Origin: Camelus ferus
Taxonomy: Eukaryota
Reading direction: 5' to 3'
Length of the DNA: 64,000 nt
NCBI RefSeq assembly: GCF_009834535.1
Contig: NC_045696.1
Span: forward strand, 25,918,001-25,982,000
The translations under genes were made by a program, and so were the position numbers. This document shows positions 51,715 through 64,000 of this stretch, piece after piece. The notes beneath the pieces are model-generated. The model was not told the DNA's origin. It worked only from the letters and a program-made list of their open reading frames with translations, and made no database searches. The stretch's first letter is position 1; each line of letters starts with the position of its first letter.

Positions 51715-53384
51715 TACATATATATGTTTCTTTTAATCATCTAAACTGAGTGGTGAGACATTGGGGTTATGATTTCTACCTAGTAAAAGTGAGGCATAAA
51801 TATTTGCTAGTCAATAATCTCTTTGTTTATTCCTACCACACTGACTCCTTTTTTGTGATGGTCATCCAGCCTTCACTTTTTTATGCTGCACTATGTACCT
51901 CTGAAGACGGGAGGGGTAACTTCAGGAAGTATCTCTGGTCACATCCAGAACTGGAGTAATCATAGAAAATCTTGCTGGCTTAAGTTTACTAAATTTTTTG
52001 GAAAATATTTTATTAAAGCAAACATACTCATTATGAACTAGAGCACAATATTCTGTACATTTTTAAGAAAAAGCAAAATGAATACTGTGTAGAAATTTTG
52101 CTGGAGGGAATGTATTTACCAAAATTTTCTCCTGCCCTTGAAAAAATTCAGAAAAATTTGAAATATGTTATTTAACTTACTAGATATAGCTATCTAGTAT
52201 ATGAATGAAAAATAAAGCTTAGTGCAAGGAAATATTATATTCCAACTGAATAAAAAGGCAGAAGCAGTTTACTTTCAAACACATTAAATGAAATCAGCCA
52301 GTGTTCTTTTAGGTGCATTATCCTCCGTCACTGTATTATACAATTGAAATCACTTCTGAAAACAAAAGTTTGGTAGTACTCACTGCAAATGAGTGGTTAT
52401 TGAGTAAATAAAACTAAATTTAAATATATTCGTGAATTATGATTTTATACTTTACCTCCAATTCTTTAAAATTTGAAGAGCTAATAAACTATTCAATTTG
52501 TGTTTTATTAAATATTTTACTAAAATCATTACAAAATCATTGTTTGAGAGTCTCTGAGAAGTGGAAATAATCCATTATGTAAATTTGGGTGCTTAGAACA
52601 TTACTCAAAGACACTTCTACATCCGGCTGTCTCATTTGATGCATTCTATTCACTGTGGAGACCAAGAAGCTCCATTTTAAAGAAATATCTCAGGTGATTC
52701 TGATGCATGTAGTCTAAGAATCACACTTTGAAAAACAAAGAAGATGCTTTCTGATCATAACTAAAGGTGTTAATTTGGCTCATTTTATTGAAATCAATTT
52801 TAGAATTTATTTTTAAATTAGTCTACTTGTAGTGGCATTCTTTACTTACTCTTTCAACCATTTTTATGAAGTCTGGTACATTTTGGATGAACGGCCCTGA
52901 GATATATATAATTCTGCCTCTATCAGCTATTCAGTTATGAATATTGTCACTTGACTGTTTTATAGCTTCCTTTTTGGACACTAAAAGTAAACATTTAGAT
53001 GTTCACCTGTAGTACCCTGTGACTAATTTTCATCATCTTTCTTTATAATAGCTAAGGACAGTTTAATAAGATGTTTTAAATTAAAACTTGAGTATTTTAT
53101 TATTCAATTCACATTTGAGATATAAAAAGATGTCCAGAATTGTTATCAGCTGCAAGCAAAGTTAGAATTGCAGATAGTAATTCTGACATGATACTTAGTC
53201 TATATGATCAAATAGGGATTCTGAATATTTCCTGTTACAGGAGCAAAGTTTCTTTTTTCTGCTGTTGAAGTATTTTTTTTTTATTTGTCTGAAATCTGGA
53301 GAAAACAGTCCATCTGGTCCTATATAAAAAGATAAATTTAAAAAACTAAAGTTATTAATAGAAAGTGATAAACAGGTGCTCTAG

Positions 53385-53570
53385 AACAGGATTGACAAAC
53401 TTCTGAAAAGGATCAGAAAGCAATATTTCAAGCTTTGTAGACCATATAAGGTCTCTTTTTTCCTCCACCTTCCCCTTCTTTTTCTTTGTCTCCTCCTTTT
53501 TCCTTCACTCTTTTCTTTTAACAACACTATAAAAATGTAAAAACATCCGTAGCTCAAGACCATACTAAAA
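53385..53570. mobile_element. MER58-like fragment
   Basis: caggattgacaaactt...caatatttcaagctttgtagaccata...taaaaatgtaaaaacatc. Confidence 0.55.
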
Positions 53571-53579
53571 CTGTTCAGA

Positions 53580-53702
53580 GCATTGCTTCTTAAACTTTAA
53601 TGTGCATATGCTTTGCTGGGGGAGCTTGTTAAAATGCAGATTCTGATTCTGTGGGTCTGGGATTGGGCTGGGGATCCTGTATCTCTAATATGCCTTTGGG
53701 TG
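53580..53702. mobile_element. MER5A-like hAT-Charlie fragment
   Basis: cttcttaaactttaatgtgcat...gagcttgttaaaatgcagattctgattc..gggtctggga. Confidence 0.75.
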
Positions 53703-54079
53703 TCAAAGTTCTTGAAGTTAAACTGTTTCATGGCATTTTATGTGATGAACCAAATAATGGGATTACATGGATTACCTAGTTTTTAGTGGTCCTTCATAAT
53801 TTTAAAGTCTCAGTCCTCTTACAAATTTGATGAAAGCTTTAGTCCCACTCTCCACTACCTCCTGCCCACATAAAAGTACCCAATTTTATACACCATTTCA
53901 GAGAATTCTTGGACCTATCTGAGGTTTATCCATCTTAAGGGTCAATGCTATAGTTGTATAATGTCTAATTTTAAGGGAGCTCAAAATTAATCCTCTCACT
54001 CTTAATAACATCTTAAAATTTAGATTGCAGCTGTGTCTTTGCATATCTCTGTATCTGTCTATCTACCTACCTATATATC

Positions 54080-54536
54080 TGTTGTCACCTGAAAAAAAAT
54101 GCACAATGTGAGAGTTGCAAGTTAAGCTTTATTTTGGGCAAAATGAGAACTATAGCCCAGGAGACAGCATCTCATATAGCTCTAAGGAGCTGCTCTGAAG
54201 AGGTAGGGAGAAGGTCAGTATTTATTTGATTTTAGTGAAGAGGGGTGCATGCAACCAAGCACACATTTTTGAAGAAGGTTTCTGCTAGTCTTGTGAAGGT
54301 TATTGCTAATCTCCAGGAGCAGATATCTCCGTTAATGATTTTGTTACTTTTCTAGATATGAGAACATGTGAGAATATGGGCTCATGAAATCTTCTCCTGA
54401 AAATATTTAACTGTTTGAAGCCCTGTTCTACCTTTCTGACCTCCATCCTGAATTCCTTTCAGGGTATGTTGAAGGTCAGCAGCTAGTGACTTAATCCTTT
54501 TAGAGGCAGATGGCCAGTGCCAATTTTTAGTTGTCA
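54080..54536 (-). mobile_element. ERV1-class solo LTR
   Basis: TGTTG...TGTCA termini, about 457 bp, antisense polyA signal (ctttatt) near the left end; imperfect flanking repeat ATATC/CTATC. Confidence 0.7.
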
Positions 54537-54727
54537 CTATCAATCATTTATCTATTCGCTGGTACAAACTTTCAACTTTGTTTTATGCCCTACTAGCCAC
54601 TACTGTCCTGATGATTCCATTTAAAACCTAAAACTATAAATGAGGAAAATAATCTAACAGTTGCTAAGAGTAAACATGAATTATTAAAATGCCTTGTATT
54701 AAATTTGTTCACAGTTTACTTAAGACT

Positions 54728-55540
54728 TTTTAAAAACTGCTTTATTGAGATACAAATCATACGCCCCACACTTTACTCATTTAAAGTATACAATATACTT
54801 TTTATTATTTTCACAGAATTGTCCAACCATCATCACAATCAATTTTAAAATATGTTTATCACCCTCTCAAAGATTCCCCTGTCCCTCTTCACCTCTCACC
54901 CTCTGGACATAAGGTTTCGTTTCTCATGGATATATACCAGCCAGTGGAATTTCTGGGTCATATGTTAATCCAAAACTTTTTGGGGAACTCCAGATAATTT
55001 TCCAAAGTGGTTGCACCATTTTACATTCCTACCAGCACTATATGAGGCTCTCAACTTTTCAACATCCCAGACAGTACTTGATATTTTACATTTTTTTAGA
55101 TTATTACCATCCTAGTGGGTGTGAAGTATGTCATGTTGTGGTTTTGATTTGCATTTGCCTAATAGTTAGTGATGTTGAGCATCTTTTCATGTTTACTGGC
55201 TTTTTGTTTAACTTTTTTTGATAAATACCTATTCAGATCTTTTGCCCATTTAAAAATTTGGTTATTTGTACTTTTATTGATTGTAAGAGTTCTTTATATA
55301 TTCCAGGTATAAGTCCCCTATCAGATATATGATTTGCAAATGTTGTTTTCTGATTCTGTAGATTTTTTGATAACAAATATATTTAAATTTTATGAAGTCC
55401 AGTTTATCTGTTTCATTTGTTACTTGCTTTTGGTGTCATATTCATGAAGATTTTGACTAACTCAAGGTCATGAAAATTTGCTCTTATAATTTCTTGGAGT
55501 TATCTCATAATTTTACCTCTTACATTTAAATTGTAGATGT
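54728..55540 (-). mobile_element. L1 (L1MA/MB-like) fragment
   Basis: ctttattgagataca...ttttccaaagtggttgcaccattttacattcctaccagc...gttttgatttgcatttgcctaat..gatgttgagcatcttttcatg. Confidence 0.88.
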
Positions 55541-57039
55541 TCTTTTTAAGTTTTTATAACAGTGGAATAAAGTTGCTAATTGAATATCAGATGTGATAGC
55601 ACTGGAATTATTTACATATATCATAGTCATAAATGAGTACAGTTCTCTGAGTGCTTATTGGACATGCTGGATTCTAAATCTTATTGCTAAATAGTTTAGA
55701 TATTTTGCTTCTATTTCTCTTATTCTATTATTTTATATTTTATTTAATAAATGCTAGTGTGTTTTCAGCTCCTGTTCAGGCCTTATCCAGGCCAAGTGCC
55801 TAATAAGATAGAGAATTACTTGATGTAGTAAACAGTACTCCAAAAATGTGGATGATTAAAACTTATTTTTAGTAATAGAACAAGCTTGGTATTAGGGAGA
55901 ATGTTGATGACTTCAAATGGAAGATTAGAGAAGAGCAAGGATATCTAAACAAGATGTTTGTAGCTTACCATGTGCCTGTTACAGGAAAAGTGACATATAA
56001 CTCTTGGTACATTTTAGGTTAAGTTTCTGTGGCTGTATATCCAGAGCTTTACATTTGATAATATGTTACTGGTTTGTAAGATATGATTAGCCATTCATGT
56101 TTAAATACTTTGAGATCTTACTTGGTTATTACTTTTTAAGATAATTCTTACTTTTTATGTTCTATAAATTCCTACTTTGTATTAGGGTCTCAATAATTAC
56201 AATATATAGCCTTCTTTATTATTATGATATATGATATGATTTCCCATCCATATGCTTTGGGGTCTCTTTCATTCTTTTTTTTTTTTTTTTAATTTTGACT
56301 CATATACTGTAAATTACTCTTACTTTAGGTACCTAAAACTTGTAAAAGTTCCTTCTTGGATCTGATGAGATGGCAAGTGGTAATCAGCAACCTTTAAAAG
56401 TTAATCCTCTTCACAAAAGAAAAGACTCATTCGTTACCAAATTAAATTCCCTTTATTAAATTAAAATATGAATTTTAAATTAATATTGAAAGTAAACTGG
56501 TAAGTAATATTGAAAGTACTCATCAAATAACATTGATGAGTAAATATTACTTCTATTTATTGAGCAGAAATGTGCTAATATTAGGTGATTGGTTGGAAAA
56601 TTTTAAGAACTAGTTTTTAAAAGCTCCCATTAAAAAAAAAAGGCTTCCATTTAGATTATTAATGTTTTTAGACAGGGTTCTCTCAGTGTCTCCTTTAGAA
56701 TTATTTGCAGCATCTGTCAGGACCTTTCCACAAATAATGGCCTCTGACACTTTATAAATTAAAACATTTCAAACAATACATTATGCAAAATTTTCATCTT
56801 AAAATACTGAACAGATTCTTCTCTTTCTATTTTTTCAACCTTGTAATGGCCTCACTTTCATTGCAATCACAAAAAAGTCATTGATACCTGTCACTCTTCC
56901 TTATTGTGTGGAATAACAAATTCTTTCCAGTGTTTAGTTTATGATATAGCTTGTATCTTCCTCTTGTTTTCTACCTTAAGTCTTATTTCTCAAGGTCAGG
57001 TTCTTTTTATTGTTCTCTGGGATACTGAAGTAACTCTCA

Positions 57040-57730
57040 CCTGTCTTTTTGGCTCCATTGCTATCTATGTTTTACACTGCAGATCCAAAGTATCTTTCTA
57101 ATACACAGTCATGTCACTGCTCCCTCAAAATCAGCTAGCCATATAGAATAAAAGTCCACACTCCTTAGCGTGGTATTTTAAGCCCTTTTGTCTCTGACCA
57201 TAAGACTGCTGTTCACCCTCACCTGCCACATTAACTTCCTCCCTGATTATGAAAGATACATATGTACTGTTGTTTCTCTGTCCTTTTGCTCATGCTGTTT
57301 CATCAGTATCTTTCTCCTGTTGACATTATTTTCATTCTTTGCAACTCAATTTAGATGCCACCTTTTTGAGTGGCACCTCTTACTGTGCTCTAATTAGAGT
57401 TAACATGTCTGTTCCTGATTTTTTCCTATAAAACATTTCTTGGATCTCCATGCAACAACATTCATTGTAACATAGTAATTTAACTTGAGTTCCTCAGGCA
57501 GACATACCTTGGTTCAAATCCTGCCTCTACTGCTTACTTTCTCTACAATTTATGTCATTAAGTTTCTTCCCGACATGTTAAATTGAGTTATTACTGGTAC
57601 ATAAATGTTCAGGTCTCTTTTTGTGTTGACTCTGATAACACAATGCTAATATGATAAATGATTTCTGTGTATGTATTCTAGGTACTTGGCTGTCTCCCCC
57701 AGTACATAGTAGGCGCTTTGGCAATAGGAA
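57040..57730 (+). mobile_element. L2/MIR remnants
   Basis: L2-like (tttacactgcagatccaaagtatctttctaa..catgtcactgctcc) and MIR-like (ggttcaaatcctgcctctactgcttac) motifs. Confidence 0.5.
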
Positions 57731-57976
57731 ATGAGTCTAACTCACCTTAGTATCCATTCCAACTTACTGATTCCAAGAGGAAATTTCATGCTCTTTTACT
57801 TTTGTGTGTAATGACTCATGGAACATGTTAAACTTAACTCATTAGAATTAACGTGTTAATTTATTGCTATATTGTCTTGTTCCACCAGGGATTTGTGATG
57901 ATTTATGAAAGCATAAAGAACAAAAGGCTGAAACATAAATAAAATAGTAGTAAGTGCATTTTAAATGATTGAATAG

Positions 57977-58396
<420 letters not shown>

Positions 58397-60315
58397 TAAA
58401 CATAATGAATCTCATGAATAACACTCACTTTTATTTTGATTTATTTTTAGTAAGCGTTGATTTGTTCCCATAGGTGCTTAACACCTAGAGAATAAAACAG
58501 TGAGCAAGCATACTCTGCATAATTTTACTTGCCTTCTCCAAAGAAAGCTGGTCAAAATAATGTCAAGCCAAGATGTTTGAAATAAATTTATTTATGTTGT
58601 AGCAATGTGAGTATTATGTTATTAAATTAAAAGCAAGATGGTGTTGATGCTGGTCATATTTAAAATTTGAATTATTAATGACAGATATAATCAGATTAAA
58701 GTTGACAGTGTTAAAGTATAAAGTTTATGAGTAATGTGGCTTCAAATACAAGGCATATATTCAATATTGTACCTATTTCTGTTATTTATTTATATAAAAC
58801 TGTTATATTTTGTATGTGTATATATGTATTTCTAAATCTAACTTTCATTGGGTAACTTTAAAAAGAATATACTCTCTGGGTTATACTAACTCTCTTACTT
58901 CCAGGCTAAATTTAGGAATTATTACCCTCAGCATGGAGGAGAGAATACACCAACAATATCAGCAACTATACTTTATTTTTTAATCAGAAAATTCATTGGA
59001 GAGGAGATCTGATTTCTGTGTAGGGACAGAATGTTCATATTTAGGAAGGTCTTGCTCAGTCTCGGTAATCAGCAGTAGCTAATTACTTGCCCTGCCTTTG
59101 ACATTTTAAAATATATTTGTTTATTAATCTGACAGCCCAAACAGCACTGGTAAATCAAGATATCAAGACTTTGCATCTCTTTGAACTTTATTTTTCTGGA
59201 TGGTTTTCCAGAACAAATTAAAAAATACGTTAAATTTGTTTTCTATTTTATAGGTGAGGATTTGGTGTCATAATTTGAACAGCACCAGACAATTTTGATA
59301 CCTATTTTCAGGAAAGATTTTATCTAGAATTAATTGTGAGTAAGGTGGCAGTAATTGGGCCTAAAGAAAGTTTGTGCTCTTCAACTTTCTAGTTGTGCCA
59401 GTAGCTGTTCATAGGTAAGAGAATAGAAATATTTCAGGATGCATAAATCTTTTTTATATAGCTGAGATGGAGTGTTGGATAATAGCTGATGGTCTCATGT
59501 CTCCAATTAAACTTGATACTTGTATTCACATGCTATGTGGTATCACACTAGATTATAAAACTTGTGTATATGTGTATTGAAATTCTCAACAGCGTGTTGT
59601 TACCTTTGTACATGAAAGCATCTTCTAGTAAACAAAGTCGTACAATTTCTTACTCAGCTATCCCAATGAAAGCTTTTGTTCTCAAGCATCCAATCTTTTG
59701 ATTTATAGCTTGTACTGGGAAATCTGGAACCCACTCCATGCTGGGAATATATAAGTCCAATAAGAAAAGCCTAGAATAATCCTAAAATCCAAGGTTGTTT
59801 TATGAAGTGTTTTGAGATCTAAGCATTAGAACTTCTACTAGCAATGCCACTTTGCCAGACACTAGGTAATTTCATTTCTATAAGTTTGTTCACAAAGCAG
59901 TTAGATTAATTATAGTTTAGTGAGGTCTGAGGTATATACACAAAACCCCAAGAATGCAAATATTCCTGTTTCATTTTTATTTTGAACTATCTTATTTCTG
60001 GAATATTTCAAACATATTGAAATATTTCAATGTCAATTTCTATGGTTTTTCCAACCAGATCACTTTATAGTAAATATAACAGGCATAATTCTTCCCTTTT
60101 ATAGATAAAATGAAACCCATGATGGTTAAGTGACTAAGACTCAGAAAGTAAGTTAATGGGGAATTCAAGATCAGACCATGATTGTTCTAATTTTCAGTTG
60201 TAGAGGACTGTGTCATAGTTGGAAAAATACTCAAATGAAATCTGGCCCATTTTACATAAATAAAGGTAAAGAACTTCTAATTAAAAATTTTTTATCTACT
60301 CAGCAGCAAATAAGT

Positions 60316-60490
60316 ATTTTTTATTGAGGTATAGTTGATGTACAATATTTTATAAATTTGAGTGTTCAACATAGTGATTCACAATTCTTAAAGGTTATAT
60401 TCCATTTACAGTTATAAAATATTGGCTATATTCTGTGTGTTGTGTTGTACTATATATCTTTGTAGCTTATTTATTTTAAACAAATAATTG
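60316..60490 (-). mobile_element. L1 3'-end fragment
   Basis: tttttattgaggtatagttgatgtacaatatt...catagtgattcacaatt..aaaggttatattccattta. Confidence 0.75.
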
Positions 60491-61149
60491 TTTTTAATCC
60501 TTAATTAACTTTCTTCTCAATATTAAAGTTTATCTAAATTGACTAGTCATTTTATTGTTGAACAACTATAAACTTATATATATATATATTTCTGAGCCTT
60601 AGCTTTAAAATTGCTCCCAACACATATGCATCTTGTATTTTTATTTAATCTAAAGTATTTCTCTCTTTCCTAATTGTATCATTAATAATGAATCAAACTA
60701 TTTAGAAGGAATTTTTAAACCATGATTTTTTTTCATGTAATGTGGCAGTAGCATTTTTTATTTTTAAATCAGTGCACTTTGAGAAATGCTAAAAAATACT
60801 TGTGACCTCGAGAGGAAAAGAAAGCAGCTTCTAAATTGGATTTAGCTAGTGAATAAAATTCTTTCTTCTAATGCCCTGTCAACAGTTCATGCCATTTAAG
60901 GCAACACAAGATCAAATAATACCCATTTATATGCTGCTCATCTCTTTTGCATTAGCTCATCAGTCTTCTCCCTTTCCTTATTTGTTTCATAAAACGTGTT
61001 AATATGGAAATTTGGGTCAAAGTACTACAATTTGTCATTCTGTTGGTAACCCAGGTGTATTTTTATAAAATGATAGAGGATTCAGTGCAGGTCATATAAA
61101 TGTTTGGCTTTCATATTTTAGGACTCAACATAATTGCTCAATTATGGCA

Positions 61150-62090
61150 CATCTATTAAAGGAAAAAAGAGGCCTAAAAACATCATGTATTTGGAGAACT
61201 GCAAGTAGCTTGATATGAGGTTGGTGGACAGCATACGTTGGAAAGATAGGCAGGTGCTGCATCATAAAATCTAGACTTTTTGTTATGTAAAAGGAGAGTC
61301 TTTGAAAAAGAATTGAAGATTGGGTTAAACAGATGATGATTGAAGTCAGAGTGGAGTTAAGCTGTCAAAACATTCAGAAAAGAGTATATGTTAGAAAACA
61401 GTGGTGAAGGTTGAAAGAAGGAAAATGTTTGAATTGTATTTAGAAAGTATAAATCATATCATTTAATGTTGATTTGAGGATAGAGGGTGATCCCCAGATT
61501 TTTTTTTTTTTGGTGGAGTGACTGGCTATGTTGTATTACCTACCTCCAAAGGGATGGCAGATAGATGCAGGAGAAATAACTATAGTGGGGACAGGAGAGC
61601 AGAGTCAGCTTTGGCTTACATACCAGTGAAATATCAAGGTAAAAATATGTGATGTTCCTTTAAGAAAAGAGCTTCTGGAATTGAAAAGAGAGGTCTTTCC
61701 CAGGTGGAGGTTGAAGCCATGGGAGTAGATAATCATAGATGTGATTGCCCAGGCAAGCTGTGTGTAGGGAGTGGTTAATAGGAGCTCAGATCACTCCCAG
61801 TGTTTGGAACCCCAATATTTAATGGTAAACAAAGGAAAGAAGGCTGGTGCAAGAGGCTCAGAGGAGGTATCAGAATGACAGGATGTGGGAAGTGGAGTGA
61901 CAAGAGAAATGAAATAGTTTTAAGAAAAAAAAAGTGGTGGACAATGCAAATGCCATATTGTGGTATAATAAAAAAATATCCATGGTCTCTAGGGATGGAA
62001 AGAGAGCACTGCAGCTGAAGAATAAATAGGTGGTGAAGTTGGAGTGGCAAATGGTGCCTGTTCTTTCAAGAATTCAGCTCTGAATTGGGT
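61150..62090 (-). mobile_element. L2 fragment
   Basis: Purine-rich antisense L2-like sequence (gttgaagccatgggagtagat, ttggaaccccaatatttaa). Confidence 0.55.
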
Positions 62091-62104
62091 ATGAGGGAAC
62101 TAGA

Positions 62105-62322
62105 GTAGGGTATTCCAGCCTGTGCACTCTTGCCATTTGGGATGGGTTAATTCTTTGTTGTGGAGGCTGTGCTCTACATTGTAGGATGTGTAGAAGCATC
62201 TCTGACCTTTGCCCAGAAGATGCCCAATAGGACCCCTGCAGCCCAAGTTGTGACAACCACAACTTGTGTCTCCAGGCTCTGCCAAATTTCCTCTGAGGGT
62301 CAAAATCAGTTGAAAATTGATT
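62105..62322. mobile_element. MER20-like hAT-Charlie element
   Basis: ttaattctttgttgtggaggctgtgctctacattgtaggatgt...caagttgtgacaacca...tgtctccag..tgccaaat. Confidence 0.8.
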
Positions 62323-63499
62323 TAAGTGTATCTAGGCATATCTAGGTGGTTAAGAATATATGGATAAGTAGCAGAAAACCTTACTACAATTTTTATTGTG
62401 AAATGATTATTCAGTTAAAAAAGACCTGAAATTTTTTTGACTCTGCTTTATCTTGATTTTCAATTTTAATTTCAACAATCTTGGTTTCTGCTGTTATATG
62501 AAATGTGCAGTTTTATTGATAAACATCTGTCTTGACTGGTCATAATAGAAGTTAGCCTGTTTTCTATCATGCTGTGTTTGTTCTCTTTTTAAAAATACAT
62601 ACCTCAGTTTTATGTAATGGAACAGTGTAATGGAGGAAAACAAATATTTAGGATCAATCATTGCAGTAGAATTTTTAATCACTTACCTCATATTTGCTTT
62701 TTCCCCCCTCTTGGTTTGGAAAAAAATAGCAATGCAGGAAATACTTTTTAAATCTCTTGAACTTTAGGTCTTTAGGCAAAAAATGATTTTTACGTATTTC
62801 AAAAAAAGTATTGCAAGGTCTACAAGCAAGGCACTTGGCCCTTAAGAAGTTAATATGTAGTTTTCCCGATGGGACCACCTAGAGAGCTGAGGCATAACTG
62901 GTGCAGATAGGATTTCACTTTGAACACCAGTCTCCCTGTGTTTGGAACAGAAGGAGCACAGGGGTCCTCCCACAGATTGTGGCTGCCAGTGATGCAGCCC
63001 GAGTCAGTGGCAGCCCCTAGAGATAGCAGCTGTAGCCCCAGGTGGTAAATATATGACAGCAGCTTGATCTATCGACCAGGGTAAGAGGGGGTTCTGGCCT
63101 AAATGAAAATTCATGAAAAATTGATGAAGTCCCCAGATTATTTTTTCCATTTCCTTTTCTCTGCACTATGCCAGTGCAGAAAGGGGAGATTAAATGAGGC
63201 GCTGAACGCTTTAGTGGCAAGGAGGTTGTGGTTCAAAGGTCAGGGGTAACTTAGAAACTGATCTGTTTTTTTTCCTTTTCTTACTTCTAAAGCAAAACAA
63301 GAACACAAGAATTTTTGAGATTAGCTATGATTTACCTTTGCTTTGATAAAATAAAATTGCTACATGTTTAAAAGTTGGCTTTTGAGACAGCTACAAAAGA
63401 GAACAGATTTGGTTCATAATTCAATTGGGAAACTAGAAATAGATTGAATTCCATGACTGCAGGGTGATTTCTTTCTTTTCATTTCTTCTCCTCCTCCTT

Positions 63500-63530
63500 T
63501 TGTTTGTTTGTTTGTTTGTTTGTTTGTTTT
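63500..63530. repeat. (TTTG)n microsatellite
   Basis: Seen directly. Confidence 0.9.
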
Positions 63531-63927
63531 TGTTTCCATGTATCAAAACTCATGCCTCAAGAAAGTCATTTAGAGAAGGGAAAGGTCTTGCATTAGTCAC
63601 AGATTGCTAGAATAGCAAAGCTATGGAACACTCTACAAACATAATGATCCTGTTTGCTTTAAATCCAAAACTAGATTGATGTTTTATCTGTGCAAGGAAG
63701 AGAGGTTACAGAAGTAGACTGACTTTAGTAACAGAGGTCACAGTGGCATTAAAAATGAACATGAGGTGAATTGTTTCATTGATACTTCCAAGTTAATAAA
63801 TATGTAATTTGTTTTCTTTTTTCTTTTCTTTTGGCTGTAAGTGAATGTTATCCAGTCAAAATACCTTTATGCTCCAAAAAGACATGAGATAAATTAAATT
63901 GCATAAAGGATTAAACCATGGAGAGAT

Positions 63928-64000
63928 TTTTAAAATTTGCTTTATTGAGATATAATTCGCATATAACATACCCATTTGAAGTGTACAATTTCGTTTTTTT
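63928..64000 (-). mobile_element. L1 3' end (runs off the window)
   Basis: gctttattgagatataattcgcatataacatacccatttgaagtgtacaattt. Confidence 0.8.

Noticed and set aside
52178..52199. 9-bp inverted repeat TACTAGATA/TATCTAGTA
   Set aside because: Short and AT-rich; plausible by chance in 64 kb.

Overview
Mammalian genomic DNA covering the 5' part of the ROBO2 (roundabout guidance receptor 2) gene on the + strand. A tRNA-Ala-derived SINE resembling Vic-1 suggests a camelid, and I recognised no Alu, Bov-tA or PRE1 copies. The window holds a CpG-island promoter (about 1-640) and the ROBO2b-type first exon, with a long uORF-rich leader and a 61-nt signal-peptide CDS (1171-1231). A 56.8-kb intron follows, then the 327-nt Ig1-domain exon (58065-58391) and the first 5.6 kb of the next intron. 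The introns are AT-rich and full of L1, L2, MIR, LTR and DNA-transposon remnants and microsatellites; nearly all other track ORFs are chance. Best leads: (1) an intronic CpG island at about 17.05-17.5 kb with YY1/NRF1/GC-box motifs, followed by an ATG and a donor that would splice in frame onto exon 2 (candidate third first exon); (2) a recursive-splice-type YAG|GTGAG site with a poison exon 0.86 kb after exon 2; (3) six uORFs in the leader, one overlapping the start codon; (4) nested and inverted retroelements. Repeat family names and boundaries are by eye and approximate.
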